This document shows positions 28,865 to 41,149 of a DNA stretch of 64,000 nt, in pieces. The translations under genes were made by a program, and so were the position numbers. The notes below the pieces were generated by a model. It saw only the letters and a list, made by a program, of their open reading frames with translations. It searched no databases and was not told where the DNA came from. This DNA comes from an uncultured Acidobacteriota bacterium (GTDB taxonomy: Bacteria; Acidobacteriota; Thermoanaerobaculia; UBA5066; DATFVB01). The stretch spans positions 480,001-544,000 of the forward strand of contig CAWEYG010000002.1 of the NCBI GenBank assembly GCA_963813155.1. The letters are read 5' to 3'. Positions within the stretch are counted from its first letter, which is position 1. Every line of letters begins with the position of its first letter.

Positions 28865-28959
28865 GCGCCGTCCGGCGGCGAACTCGCCGCAGAGGCCCAC
28901 GACGGCCGGCACCCCACGTTCGTAGAATAGACGCAACCGGACGTTCGAAAGGAGCGATC

Positions 28960-31209
28960 TTGCGCCCCGATTCCCGGCCCGCCGCAGTCTGCGGCAGTCT
29001 TTTCGGCCTCGGAGTTGCGATCGTGCTCGCCCGCGGGATTCGGGGAGCGGCGACGGCGGAGCAGACCCCGGGATTCGCGCGAGCTCACGGCTTCTCCGCG
29101 CACGCGGACCTGGAGCGGTTTCTCCTTTTCGTCCTCCTCTCGATCGTGGGCGCGTGGCTTTCCCGAACCGCCTACGACAGGTTTGCTCGCGACTCGACCG
29201 CCCTCGCGCAGCGACTCGCGGACCCCGTGCCGTGGTTTGGCCTCCTGGCCGCCCCGATCATCGCTCTCCTCGGGATCGGTCTGATCTGGGTTCTCGCGAG
29301 TTCGGCGCTCGCGTCCGCTTCGCTCGCGATCCTGGCTCCCGTAGTGCGCTCCGAGGAACCCGATCGCGCCGTCGTCGTTCCCGCGATTTTCGCCCAGACT
29401 CTCGTGGCGTGGGCGTTTCTCGCGCGCCCCCTCCACCGTTACCCGATACCGTTCATGCCGATGGTGATCGGCCTCTTCGCTCTGTTCACCGTGTTCGTGA
29501 TCGTCGTCCTCAAGCGACAGATCGAGCTCCTGGCCGGATCGGTTCTTCTCCTCCCGGTCGCGCTCTGGAGAAACCGATCCGAAAGAGTCGAGGTCGTGGC
29601 CGCCCTATTCCTGCTCGTCGCGCCTTTTGCGTTGTCGGCTCTGCGGCGATTTCCGCTCGTCGCGGAAAACCTCGCGCGCGCCCTTCCCGTGATGCTCGCG
29701 ACATCCTTCGTCATTCTGGGGGCCGCGGCCTGCCTGCGATCCGCGCCGGTCGCAAACCTTTTCGAAGACGGGCACGAGTTGCTGCCCGCGTCGGAGTACC
29801 TCGCCGGCCGGGTTCCCTATCGCGACATCATTCCCGGGCACGGGTTGATTTCTGACGGCCTTCTCCAGGCCGCGGCGTTCCGCCTGTTCGGCGCTGACTA
29901 CCGGGGCATTTCCCGGGGAGGCCGTCTCGTCGGGGCATTCTTCTGGCCGCTCATCTTCGCGATGGGAACGGCAGCTACGGGAAAAATGGAGGTCGGCTTC
30001 TGGATCGAGGCGCTCTCTTTCCTTCTCTTCCCGCAATATCTGTTCTTGCGGGTCATGGCGTCCTTCGGAGTGCTCGCGGCCGCGTCGTTCGCCCGCCGGC
30101 GCCCGGCGGTGCGGGCATGGTTCGTCACGGGCGCCCTCGTTCCGCTCGCGCTTCTCTGGGCGGTCGACTTCGCGTTCTACTCGGGCGTGGCGGTCCTCGC
30201 CGCCGTCGCCGTTTCCGAAGGGCGGCGTTGGAAGAACCTCGCCTCCGTCGCCGCCGGATCGGGAATCGCAGCGACCGCAATCGGCCTGACGTTCGCCGCG
30301 TTCGGAATCGCGAAGGCGTTCTTCCAGACGACGTTCCTGTATCTTCCGAAGCTCGCTCCCGCGTACACGCTCGGGTTCCCGCCGCTCCCCGAGTCGATTT
30401 CTCAAATCTCGGTCCCCGATTCCCTGGCGGGTCTCGGAGACCCGCGCGCGTTCTACTTCTGGTGCCTGCTTCTCGCTGTCGTCGCCGTGGGGGTGATCGC
30501 TGCCCGGCCCGCCGCTCTCTCCGAGCGGGGCCGCGCGTTCGTTCCGTTTCTGGCGTGGTTTCTCGCGGCGACGCTCTCGGTGATCGAGCGCACCCATTTC
30601 GGCTACCCGATGTTCGTCGCGCCCGCTGCGATCGTCCTCGGCGCTCGCGCCCTCGCCGGCGATCGCGGGCAAACTCTCTTTCGCCGATTCCTCGCCGCGT
30701 CTCTGCTCGCCTGGGCCGTGCTCGTCTGCCGTCCGGAGGGCGAGCTCGCGGCCATCGAGTCGGGGCTCCAGGGCGCGGGGCTCTCACCCGAATACGTCTT
30801 TCCCGCCCTGCCCGAGCGCGTGAACGGCGCGGCGTTCCGAAAGGAAGATGCAAATGCCGTCGCCGCCGTTGGAGAGTTCATCCGCTCGCGCCTGCGGCCG
30901 GGCGAAACGTGGCTCGATTTCACGAGCACCTCCGCCTTCTATTCCTACTTCGACCGCCGGTGCCCGGTCCGGTATACCGAAGTGGCCTTCTTCGAGACTC
31001 CCGAGGCCGAGCGCGAAGTCATCCGCGCCGTCGAAGAGAACCCGAGGGTTCGCGCGGTCCTCGTGCATCTCGGACCCGGCGTGAATACCGGCGAGGCGAT
31101 CGACGGCATCCCGAACCGGGAACGCGCGCCTCTCGTCTGGAGCTACATCGAAGGGCATTTCCATCCGTCTTTCTCTTCCCCGGCGGCCGTTTTCTGGGAG
31201 CGGAATTGA
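28960..31209 (+). CDS. Large multi-TM membrane protein, GT-C glycosyltransferase-like
   Basis: AAAGGAG RBS then TTG; many TM segments; NLFEDGH...GRVPYRDIIPGHG loop; soluble C-terminal domain. Confidence 0.65.
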   Translation: MRPDSRPAAVCGSLFGLGVAIVLARGIRGAATAEQTPGFARAHGFSAHADLERFLLFVLLSIVGAWLSRTAYDRFARDSTALAQRLADPVPWFGLLAAPIIALLGIGLIWVLASSALASASLAILAPVVRSEEPDRAVVVPAIFAQTLVAWAFLARPLHRYPIPFMPMVIGLFALFTVFVIVVLKRQIELLAGSVLLLPVALWRNRSERVEVVAALFLLVAPFALSALRRFPLVAENLARALPVMLATSFVILGAAACLRSAPVANLFEDGHELLPASEYLAGRVPYRDIIPGHGLISDGLLQAAAFRLFGADYRGISRGGRLVGAFFWPLIFAMGTAATGKMEVGFWIEALSFLLFPQYLFLRVMASFGVLAAASFARRRPAVRAWFVTGALVPLALLWAVDFAFYSGVAVLAAVAVSEGRRWKNLASVAAGSGIAATAIGLTFAAFGIAKAFFQTTFLYLPKLAPAYTLGFPPLPESISQISVPDSLAGLGDPRAFYFWCLLLAVVAVGVIAARPAALSERGRAFVPFLAWFLAATLSVIERTHFGYPMFVAPAAIVLGARALAGDRGQTLFRRFLAASLLAWAVLVCRPEGELAAIESGLQGAGLSPEYVFPALPERVNGAAFRKEDANAVAAVGEFIRSRLRPGETWLDFTSTSAFYSYFDRRCPVRYTEVAFFETPEAEREVIRAVEENPRVRAVLVHLGPGVNTGEAIDGIPNRERAPLVWSYIEGHFHPSFSSPAAVFWERN

Positions 31210-31644
31210 GACGGCGCGAGTCCGCCGCGAACCTCGCCCTGTGGCTCGCGTTCGCGGCCTGCTTCGCCGCGATGCTCGTTCAGACCTTCCGATTCGCCCC
31301 CGCGACTTTCCAGCGGCCGAGGACCGTCGTTTCCAACGGCGACGCGAAATTCTTCGAGCCGCTCCTCGTTTTCCTCTCGGAAGCCTCCGAGGGGGTTCCC
31401 GAAGGCGCGACGCTTTTCCCTCGTTCCGCCGGACGGAGAGGACCGCGCCAACTGGTCGGCCTACTTTGTCGCGACGGGCCAGATGCCCAACCGCCGCGTG
31501 ATCCTGGCAAGTCGGTTCCTTCCGCCCGGATCGGGGGACGAAACGCCTCGATTCGTCGCGTGCCAGGGCGGGACGTTTTCCGATTCGCGATTCCGGCGGG
31601 TGCGGCGATTCCGCGACGGCGATCTGTACGAGGCCGTTCCTTGA
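31206..31644 (+). CDS. Small membrane-anchored hypothetical protein (frameshift ~31420)
   Basis: TTG overlapping the upstream stop; one TM segment; continues in a shifted frame (NWSAYFVATGQMPNRRV...LYEAVP stop). Confidence 0.5.
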
Positions 31645-33016
31645 GCGGCGCCGTCTTTCTCCTCTCGTGGCTGGCCGTGCCTCTCTTCGCGGCGCCGCTT
31701 GCGCGACTCTGGCCGGGATCGGACGATTCGAGAGCCGGGCGATTCGCGTTTGCCTGCGGCGCGGGAGCCGTGCTTCTGACGCTCGTGATGCTGCTCCTGA
31801 CGTCGATCGGGGTGCGCTGGTCCGTCGCGGGAATTTCGATCACTCTGGGGATTCTCTCTTTGACCGTGTGGCTTGCGCGCCGAGCCCGGGAACCCAAACA
31901 GCACCGTGCCGCCGTTCGAACCGGGGCACCGAACCGCCGGATGATTGCCGCCCTGCTTGCCGCCGCCGCGGGGGTCATCCTGTTTTCCTACGCCGCAGCG
32001 ACGGCGCGCGCCACCTCGACCGATCTTCTGTTTTTCTGGGGCACGAAAGGACAGCAATTCGCGCTCGCCCGGGGGATCGACGTTGCGTTCCTCGCGGAGC
32101 CGGATCACTTCGTGCTCCATCCCGACTACCCCCCGCTGCTTCCCTGCCTCTATGCGTGGGGCGCGATGGCGGCGGGACGATTTCCCTGGGGCGCGGGCCT
32201 TCTCTCGGCGCCGATCTTTTTCGCCCTGATGGTGGCGGCGTTCTGGGGAACCGCCCGCCGAAGGATGGACGATTCCTCCGCCGCGCTCCGTTGCGCGTTC
32301 TTCGCCGCGCTGCTCGGATTCGCCGCCCTCGCTTCCGACGTCGGCGGGAACGCGGAGCCGCCGCTGCTCTTCTTCGAGGCGCTCGCGCTCGGAATCCTCG
32401 TCTTCGGCGAACGGTCGCCGAGGGCCGACTTCGCGGCCTCGATCGCGCTCGCCGGGTGCGCTCTCACGAAATTCGAGGGCGCGTTTTTCGCCGTCGCGGT
32501 CGCCGGAGTATTCGGCGCACTCGGCCCCGGGCGCGGCAGGCTCCCGTCCCGAATCGCCGCGGCTCTCCGCCTGGTTTCGCTGCCCGCGCTCGCGCTCGCA
32601 GGCTGGATCGCGTTCTGCGCACGGCACGGGATTCTCTACAACTACAAACCCGGAACAGCCGGCCCCATGACGTTCGTGAATTTTTCGAAAGTTGCCGCCG
32701 GCCTCGTTCGGAACACGTCGTACGGGGTCGGGTACCTTCCGTGGATCGCGGTCCTCGTCGCGGGCATGGCCATCGGCGTCCGGCGGGAAGGACTCGCGCC
32801 CGCTCTCGTCGCCGCGGCGATCGCGCTCGTCAACGTCGGCTACTACCTCCACGGGCGGCCGACCCGAGTTTGTGGATCGGCTGGTCGGCCCGCCGGATCT
32901 TTCTGACCCCGCTCCTCTGCCTCGCGTTCGCCGTGCTCGCGCGCGAGGATTCTTTCGAGCCGGCTCGAGGCCGAATTCCGTCTGGTATCCTCGAAAGATC
33001 TGAACCGGAACCTTGA
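31641..33016 (+). CDS. GT-C-like multi-TM protein (frameshift ~32855)
   Basis: DLLFFWGTKG...HPDYPPLLP, GNAEPPL, LTKFEG motifs. Confidence 0.65.
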
Positions 33017-34605
33017 GCCGGTCGCCCGGAATCGACGCAACGGAGGTCCAGGCTGCGGTCATCCCGAGACTGGTCGAAATTCTCGAAAGCCGGCGCGGCC
33101 GCCGCGGTCATGGCGGTCGCCGCGACGATCACTCGCCTCCCGCAGATTCTCGGTCAGCGCTTTTACCCCGACGGCGACGAATGTGTCGTCGGGCTCATGG
33201 CGGAGCACATCCTCCAGGGAAAGCGATTTCCGATCTTCTTCTACGGCCAGAAGTACGGGCTCTCGTTGCTCGAAGTCGCGACCGCGGCTCTCTGCTTCAA
33301 ACTTTTCGGAATCTCGGCGATCGTTTTGAAGCTGGCGATGCTCCTGCTCTGGACGGCCGGTTGCAGCCTGCTCGCCGGCGCGGCGAATCGCATTCGCGGT
33401 CCGCGGGCGGCGGGGCTTGCGGGACTCCCTGCTGGTCTTTGCGCCGGCCTGGGCTCAGTTTTCGATGAAGGCATGGGGAGGTTACGTTTCGGCGTTCGTC
33501 TTTTCGAGTCTCGCGCTCTTCCTCGCGGCCGGCCTTCAGGAATCCAGCGACCGGGATTGGCCCTCGTTCTCACTGCTCGGCGCATCGGCGGCCATCGTCG
33601 CTTTTGCTCAACCGATCTGGCTTGCGGGCCTCATTCCCTTCCTCCTTGTCACTCTGAGACGAAGGACTCCGCGGCAAATCGCCTCGTTCGCGGCTGGCGG
33701 AATCGGGGTCTTCTTGATCGTTTGCGCAGCGGCCGCCCGGGAGCAACCGGCCGATTGGTCGCCTCCCGTCTTCCAGCGCCCAAAGCCTCTTCTCGCTCTC
33801 GCGCTTCTGCCGCACCGGCTCTGGGTGAACCTGTCGGGCGCGTACTACCTTCGGGAGCCTCTTCCCAGCGCCGCTTCGCTCAAGGCAATGGCGCTCGTCT
33901 GGGCGGCGGCCGTCGCTTTCGTGGTGGCGGTGTTCTGCATCCACGCTCTCGCAGGCGAGATCTTCACCATTCGTCAGGCGGCGGCCGCCGCGGTATGCGC
34001 GACGCTCGCCCTTTCACTCTTTATGAACAATGACATTTTCGGATTCCGATACCTCCTTCCTTTGACCGGATTTCTGGCCCTTTCGATGTCGATCGAGCTC
34101 GCGAGTTTTCCAGGCGGCTCCTTCGGGAGAGCGGCCGCGGCGCTCGGGATTGCCGTTCTGTTGGGTTCGGGCGCCATTGCGCTCTGGCGTTTCCAATACA
34201 TCACGAGTTCCGGGCCTGAAATCACGCCGGGCGTTTCGGAGGGCCGGGCGACGAAGGACCTGGTCGCGTACCTCGTCGCCAACGGCATTCACAACGTGTT
34301 CAGCATGCTACTCGCGCTGCAATGGACGCTGATGTTCGAAGGCAAAGGAGAAATTCAGGGCGCGATGGGGCGTCGTCGGTGATCGGTATCCGCCGGCCGG
34401 TCTCGCCGTCGACCGGGCTGTTCGCGATGGTAAGCCCGTTGCGATCGTCGGAACGAAAATCGCCGACCCGCCGATCGGGGAGCTCGTAAAGTGGGAGGGG
34501 TACCCCGAGGTGCGGATTGATTGGATCGACGGCTGGTACTGGGTGATCCCGAACGCTCCTCGCGGTCTGGTCGAGAAATTCTTCGTCCTTTCGCCCGCCG
34601 CATGA
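33013..34605 (+). CDS. GT-C/ArnT-like membrane glycosyltransferase (frameshifts ~33430, ~34360)
   Basis: DGDECVVGLMAEHILQGKRFPIFFYGQKY, multiple TM segments, RYLLP; start uncertain. Confidence 0.6.
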
Positions 34606-36958
34606 CGAGCGCGCTTCTTCTCGTCCTTTTCGCCGCGTCGATCGCGGCCATCCGGCGGCGGCGGCGTGGGTCCGACGGCCCCTGTCGAAGTCGGCTCTCG
34701 CCGCGTCGTTCGGCCTTCCCCTGCTGTTTCTCCTGCCGGGCTTCTTCACCGCGACGACGCCGCTGCCCGCCGATCACACGCTCTCTCTCTGGCCGTGGCA
34801 CGTACTGGCCGAAGCGCCGACGTACAACGCGAACCTCAACGACCTCTCGACCGAAATGGCGCCGTGGGCGAAGGCGGTCCGGATGGCGTACAAGGAGGGA
34901 TCCCTGCCGCTGCGCGACCGGTGGAACGGATGCGGCACTCCGCTCGCCGCCAACGTCCAATCGGCCGCGTTTTCCCCGTTCACGTTTCTCGGGCTCGTCC
35001 TTCCGCTCGCCCGGGCGGCGACTCTCACGGGCGCGCTGAAGCTCGCGCTCTCGCTGGCCGGAATGTGGCTCTGGCTCCGGGAGCTCCGGCTGTCCAACGG
35101 CGCGGCGCTGTTCGGCGCCGTGTCCTTCTCTTTCTCGATGATCATGATCCCGTGGCTCTTCTTTCCCCACACGGCGGTCATCTGCTTCTGGCCGTGGGCT
35201 CTGTTCGCGGTCGAGCTCCTGCGCGACCGCAACGCCTCGGCGCGAGCGCTCCTGCTGCTCTTCCTCGTCTTCGCCGTCTGGCCTCTGTGCGGGCACATCG
35301 AGAGCGTCGCGCTCGGCTCGGCGTTCATCGGGCTGTGGCTCGCGAGCCGCGCGGCGCTCCGAAGCCTGCCCGACATTCCGAGGCTCGCCGCCCGGATCCT
35401 CGCGGCGGGGCTGCTGGCGCTCGGGCTCGATGCTTTCGCGCTGGTTCCGCAGGCGCTCGCGATCCGCGCCTCGAATCGGTTCGCTCTCGCCTCCCACCCG
35501 TTCTGGTCCGGAAAGTTCTCCTTCCTGCCGCGGGCAGATTTCTGGCAGGAGGGCTGCTGACTCCCGCTCTTCCCGAGGCTTTTCGGAGACGAAATCACCT
35601 CGCCGATGATCGCGGGCGGCGCGGGCTCGTTCCCGGAGATGGCGCTCGGGGCGTTCGGACTCGTCGGATGGGTCGTCGCGCTCTCGATTTTCCGTCCTGG
35701 AAGCCGACGGGATCGCGCTCAATGGGCACTTCTCGTTCCGATGACCATCGGACTCGGCGCCGCGATCGGCCTGTGGCCCTTCGCCGAGATCTCGGGCGCG
35801 ATCCCGCTTCTTCGCCTCATGTTTCCGCTGCGCTTCTTTTCGCTCCTGTCGATCGGCGGCGCGGCCCTCGCCGCCTTCGAAGCGGACCGTCTCGCGCGGG
35901 ATCTCCGGTAGGGCGGAAGGTCGTGGCTCTTTCCAGCTCCGCTCGCGATCGGTCTGGCCGGCCTCGCGAGCGCAGCCTTCCCGAGCGTCGCAAACCTGCA
36001 CGGCGCGACCGGAGGATGGCCTTCCGAGCGGCACGCGTGGATCTTCTCGGTTGCCGTGCTTCTGTCGCCGCCGCGGCGTTCGCGCTTTTCGGTCTCCGCC
36101 GGGCGCGAGCGGAGCTTCTTCCCGCCGCCCTCGCCGTCCTCGCCGCGGCAGCGCTGTTCGGAGAGGGGTTGCGAATCTACCGGTTTCAACCGATCGCAGA
36201 TGCTCTTCCCGGAAACGCCGCTCGTTCGCTTTCTGAAGAGCCGGCCGGGGCCTTTTCGCGTCGCCGGCGAGGGAGCGACGATGTTCCGAACTCGAACGTG
36301 TTCGCGGGCGTCGAGGACGTTCGGACGCACGATCCCGTGGAACGCCGCGAGTACGTCGACTTCCTCGACGCGGCCTGCGGCTACGACCCGGCCGGGTATT
36401 TCAAGACGCTCCGGGACGTGAATGCGCCGGCGCTCGACTTCCTGAATGTGCGCTACCTCGTCAGCTCGCCCGGCCGGAGCTCGCCGGGCCCGAAGTGGAA
36501 GAGCGCTTATTCGGGCGCCGACGGAACGGTCTTCGAAAACTCCCAGGCGTTTCCCCGCGTTTTCCCGGCCGATCCTTCGGCGACGCTCGCGATCTCCCGT
36601 TATCGGGAGAGCACGAACCGCGTCGCGTTCCATAGCCGCGCGCCCGGGAACCGTTTCGTGCTCGCGGAAGCGAGCCTCGTGCAGGACGGGGGGTGGTCCG
36701 CGCGGGACGAGGCGGGAAGGAAACTCTCGGTGACGAGGGTTCGCGGGCCTTCGCCGGGTGCTCGCGGCTTCGGCCTCGCCGGCGGGCCGTTTCTCGGAGT
36801 CGCGATTCCGCCAGGCGACCACGATCTCTTTCTCGACTACTCGCCGCCGGGTTTTCGGGCGGGTGCGGATTTCCCTCTCGGCCCTCCTGTTCGCGGCGGG
36901 CGCGGCCGCGTTCACCCGACGAGGAAGAGCTTCGCTCCCGCGCGGAAGAAAACCGTGA
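34602..36958 (+). CDS. YfhO-like membrane glycosyltransferase (several frameshifts)
   Basis: MAPWAKAVR...LPLRDRWNGCGTPLAANVQSAAFSPF, GHIES, LDFLNVRYL, FENSQAFPRVF, QDGGWSA, YSPPGF. Confidence 0.75.
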
Positions 36959-37347
36959 GCGCGGCTTTTCGGAGATTTCTTCTCGCGGCCGCGATCGCGG
37001 GAATCGCGCTCGTCGTCGGCTTCCGGACGGCGGAACAGCTCAAGAGCCCGGGGGCCCTGACCGCCCGCAGCGAAAGGCTCTGGTACGGGTGGGCATACCG
37101 GGACCCGGCGTTGCTCGCCCGGCTCGAGAGCTCGGAGAACCGCTTTCGGCCCGGCGAGGGATTCTGCCTCGAGTTCGATTCCCGGCGCATCGACCCGACG
37201 TGGCTGCAGGCGATGACGAACTACGCGTACTGGCGGGAGCTTCCCGCCGGAGCGTGCCCGAGCGCTCCGGTAGGAACCGCAGGCCCCGTCCGGATCGCCG
37301 TATCCGAATCGGGAGACGTGGCCGTCGTCCGCGGGGCTCCGCGGTGA
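36955..37347 (+). CDS. Small membrane-anchored hypothetical protein
   Basis: GTGA overlaps at both ends; N-terminal TM segment; WLQAMTNYAYW. Confidence 0.55.
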   Translation: MSAAFRRFLLAAAIAGIALVVGFRTAEQLKSPGALTARSERLWYGWAYRDPALLARLESSENRFRPGEGFCLEFDSRRIDPTWLQAMTNYAYWRELPAGACPSAPVGTAGPVRIAVSESGDVAVVRGAPR

Positions 37348-38698
37348 TCAGCTGGCTCTTTCGAAGCGCGGCCGGAGCGGCTCTCGTCTGTCTTCCGGGC
37401 TATCCCGCCCTTCGAATGGCCCCATGGGCGGCCTCGGCGAGCCGGGCGGGAAGGGGGCGCTCGCGTTCGCTCTGGGCCTGGCTCTGCGTTCCGGCCTGTT
37501 TCGCGGCTGCGCTGCTCGGAGCCCCGCTTCGCGGCCGGGTGATCGCCGCGATCTGTATTCTGCTCTCATTCGCGCTTCGCTTGGGGGCCGCTCGATCCAC
37601 CGGCCGTGCCGCCCGCGCTGCGCTTCCCCTTTCCCGGACCGCGCTCGTGACCCGCGTTCTCCTCGCGGCATCGGCCGTCCTTTTTCTCGCGAAAGTGGCG
37701 CTCGTTCCCGTCTGGAGCTGGGACTTCTACGCCGTGCACGGAACGAAAGCGAGACGAATCCTCGCCGGCCACAGCCTCGATCTCGGGGGGTTGAAGCCCG
37801 CCGCGCTCGGAATGTCGCATCCGGACTATCCCGTCGGCGGGCCTCTCGCGTGGCGAGTGATCGCTCTCGGGGCGGTGCCCGACGAACGCTCGGCCAGGAT
37901 CGCTCACGCCCTGTTCGCCCTCACTCTTCTCGCGCTCGTCCGCGCGGGAATCCTCGCGGGGGGACGTTCGGAAACGCTCGCGAACACGGGAGCGGCGTTC
38001 GTCGCGATTTCTCCTCTCTGCTGGGACACCGAATCGCTCGGGCTGATGGAGGTTCCTTTCGCGCTCTTCCTCGCCGCGAGTTTTCTCCTTCTTCTCGTGG
38101 CCGGCACGGCGACTCGTCGCGCGGAGGATGGATCTGGGGCGCGATCACCGGGTTCCTTCCGTGGATCAAGCTCCGCGAAGGCCTGTCTCTCGTGCTGCTT
38201 CTCGCAGCCGCCGAGCTGCTGTCCCGAAAACGGAGAACGGATCCGTCTCTCGCCGGCTTGCCCCGGTGGGATTCGCGCTCGTCTGGACCGCGGCGACCGT
38301 TTTCGTCTCGAGCTTTCTTCTTCCGCCGGGTGAGAGATTTCTCGCCGGCGACTGGCTTTCACGCGGTCTGGCTCGCGCCGCGCACCCCGCCGCGATCGTT
38401 GCTCTCCTCGCAAAGGAGCTGCTCGCGCCGGAATGGTTCGGATTCTGGATCGTTTTCTACGGCGGGTTGGGTCTTTTCCATCGTCCGCCAGCGGCGGACG
38501 GCCGCGATTCTGACCTCCGTGATCGCCGCGCAGCTCGCCGTGTACGCATCCGTCTATTTCTTCACGTATCTCGACCCCGCCGACCACATCCGCTCGTCGT
38601 TTTTTCGGATTTCCGCGGCGCTCCTGCCGGCGGCGCTGATCGCGCTCGCGGCGGCGGAAGCGGCCCCGCCTCAGAACACCTTGAGGATGTCGTTGTAG
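37344..38698 (+). CDS. GT-C-like multi-TM protein, likely paralogue of 31641-33016 (frameshifted)
   Basis: WSWDFYAVHGTKARR...HPDYPVGG, WIKLREG, HIRSSFFR. Confidence 0.6.
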
Positions 38699-39984
38699 AT
38701 CACGACCCCCATCAGGAGCACGAGCAGGACGAACCCGAACTGGAGGATCCGCTCCTTGACGCGCAGCGAGAAGTCGCGCCGGATCGCGCCCTCCACGAGC
38801 AGGACGGCGAGCTGCCCGCCGTCGAGCATCGGCACGGGAAGAAGGTTCAGGATGCCGAGCTGGAGGGAGAGCATCCCCATCAGCGAGACGAGCGGAATGA
38901 ATCCCTCGCGCGCCGCTTCTCCGGCGAACTGGCCGATCGCGATGGGCCCGGACATCTGCTTGACCGACGCGCGCCCCGCAAAGAGCTTCACGATGACGCC
39001 GAGCGTCGCCTGCGTGTCGGTGCGGAGAGCTCCGCCACCCCTGGCGAACGGCTTCGACGGGCGGAAACTTCTCGAGCACTTCCGGAACATCGACGTCGAG
39101 CGAGACGCCGATCTTCCATCCGTCGGTCTCCTTGCGCGGCGAAACCGTCAGCGGGAGCGTCTGACCCTTGCGGGTGACGACGAACGTCTCCGGCCGGCGA
39201 ATGGCGGCCAACGGCTTCGAGAACCTCGGGGACGCTCTCGACCGTCTCTCCGGAGACGGAAAGAATCACGTCGCCGCTCTGGAATGCCCGCCGCCTCGGC
39301 CGGGCTGCGCGAAAGGACGCGGCCGACCCGCGGGCGCAGCGCGGGGCCGATCCCCGTGTACCCGATGTCGAACTTCGAGACGCCGCGGGGGACGAGCGGG
39401 ATCGTGAGCGAGCTTCCCGCCCGGTCGATGGCGACCGAGAGCTTCTGCCGGGGGCTGATCGCGAATGCGAACTCGGCGTCCTGCCAGTTTTCCACCGGCT
39501 TGCCGTCGATCGCGACGATGCGGTCGCCTTTTCGAAAACCCGCCGCCTGGCCCGCGGAGTTCGGCGCGATCGACTGGACGACGGCCGGCTGCAGCCGATA
39601 CGCCGGGACCTTTCGTCCGACCATGAAGACGCCGGCCCCGAGCGCGATCGCGAGGACGAAGTTCATCGCGGGCCCGGCGAGCAGAATCGCGGCGCGCTTC
39701 CAGCGCGGCCCCGCGACCGCCGCGGACGCCTCGGCCGCTCCGACGGCCGTCGACTCGTCCGGGCCGAGCCCGAGGACGCGCACGTAGCCCCCGAGAGGGA
39801 GCGCCGAGACGCGGTAGTCGGTTCCCCGCCACTTCACGCCGAACAGCCTCTTGCCGAAGCCGAACGAGAACACCTCGACCGGAAACTTCGCGAGTTTCGC
39901 GGTCGCGAAATGGCCGAACTCGTGGATGAAGACGACGATCGAAAGCACGACCGCCATGGCCAGCACGTCCTCGAGAAAACTCAC
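38671..39984 (-). CDS. rseP: RIP metalloprotease RseP (frameshifted in the PDZ region)
   Basis: HEFGH, LPLGGYV, AGPAMN, SGPIAI, NLLPVPMLDGG; synteny with dxr-cdsA-uppS. Confidence 0.9.
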
Positions 39985-41149
39985 GCGCGAACTCCTGAAA
40001 GCCGGGTCGCGAGCTCCCGGGCCGTCTCGCGAGCCTGGCGGTCGATTTCTTCCGCCTCCGCGACGCTGTCAGGCGCTCCGCGGCGTCCGAAAGCGGTCCG
40101 GGTGTCGGCGACAATCCGAACAATCGACGGGAAGCGAATCTTCCCGGAAGAAACGCCTCGACGGCGATCTCGTTGGCGGCGTTCAGAACGGCCGGGGCCG
40201 CGCCCCCTTCGGCCAGCGCGTCGCGCGCGAGGCCGATCGCCGGATAGCGCTCCGGCTCGACCTCGGAGAACTCGAAGCGGGCGCCGGCGAGCGAGAGCTC
40301 GCCGAAGGGATTGGAGAGCCGCTCCGGATACGCGAGCGCGTAGAGAATGGGAAAACGCATGTCGTTGCGCGCCATCTGCGCGACGACGGAGCCGTCGCAA
40401 TACTCCACCATCGAATGGACGAGCGACTGCGGGTGGAGGAGAACCTCGATCGCGGAGGGATCGACGCCGAAGAGAAAATGCGCTTCGAGGATCTCCAGGC
40501 CCTTGTTCATCATCGTCGCGGAATCGATCGTGATCTTCGGGCCCATCTTCCACGTCGGGTGGCGCAGCGCGTCTTCGATCGCGATCTCGTCGAAAGTGTC
40601 CAGCGGCCGCGTTCGGAACGGGCCTCCGGAACCGGTGAGGATCAGCCGGCGCACTTCCGAGGACCGGCCGGCCCGAAGGGCCTGGTGGATCGCGCTGTGC
40701 TCCGAGTCGATCGGGACGATCTCCGCGCCGCTCTCGCGGGCGGTGCGCGCCATCAGCTCTCCCGCGACGACCATCGTCTCCTTGTTCGCCAGCGCGAGCC
40801 GTTTTCCCGCGCGAAGGGCCGCATGCGCGGAGGCGAGCCCGACCGCCCCGACGAGCCCGGCGACCACGGTGTCGGCCTCCGGAAGCGTCGCGCACGCGAC
40901 GAGGCCCTCCCGCCCGAACACGATCTCGCCGCGGTACGACGGGGCCTGCTTTCGCAGCAGGGGAACGTCTTCTTCGAGCTCGACCGACGCGAGCAGCGGC
41001 TGAAATTTCTCGATTTGCTCGGAAAACAAGCCGATCCGGCGCCCGGCCGCCATCGCGGCGATTCGGAATTGTCCGGGCAGCGCCGAGACGACGTCGAGGG
41101 TCGAAACGCCGATCGATCCGGTCGAGCCGAGCAGGGAAAGCGTTCTCAC
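39981..41149 (-). CDS. dxr: 1-deoxy-D-xylulose 5-phosphate reductoisomerase (frameshift ~40148)
   Basis: LLGSTGSIG, LALANKE, PIDSEHSAI, HPTWKMGPKITIDSATMMNKGLE, NAANEIAV. Confidence 0.95.
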
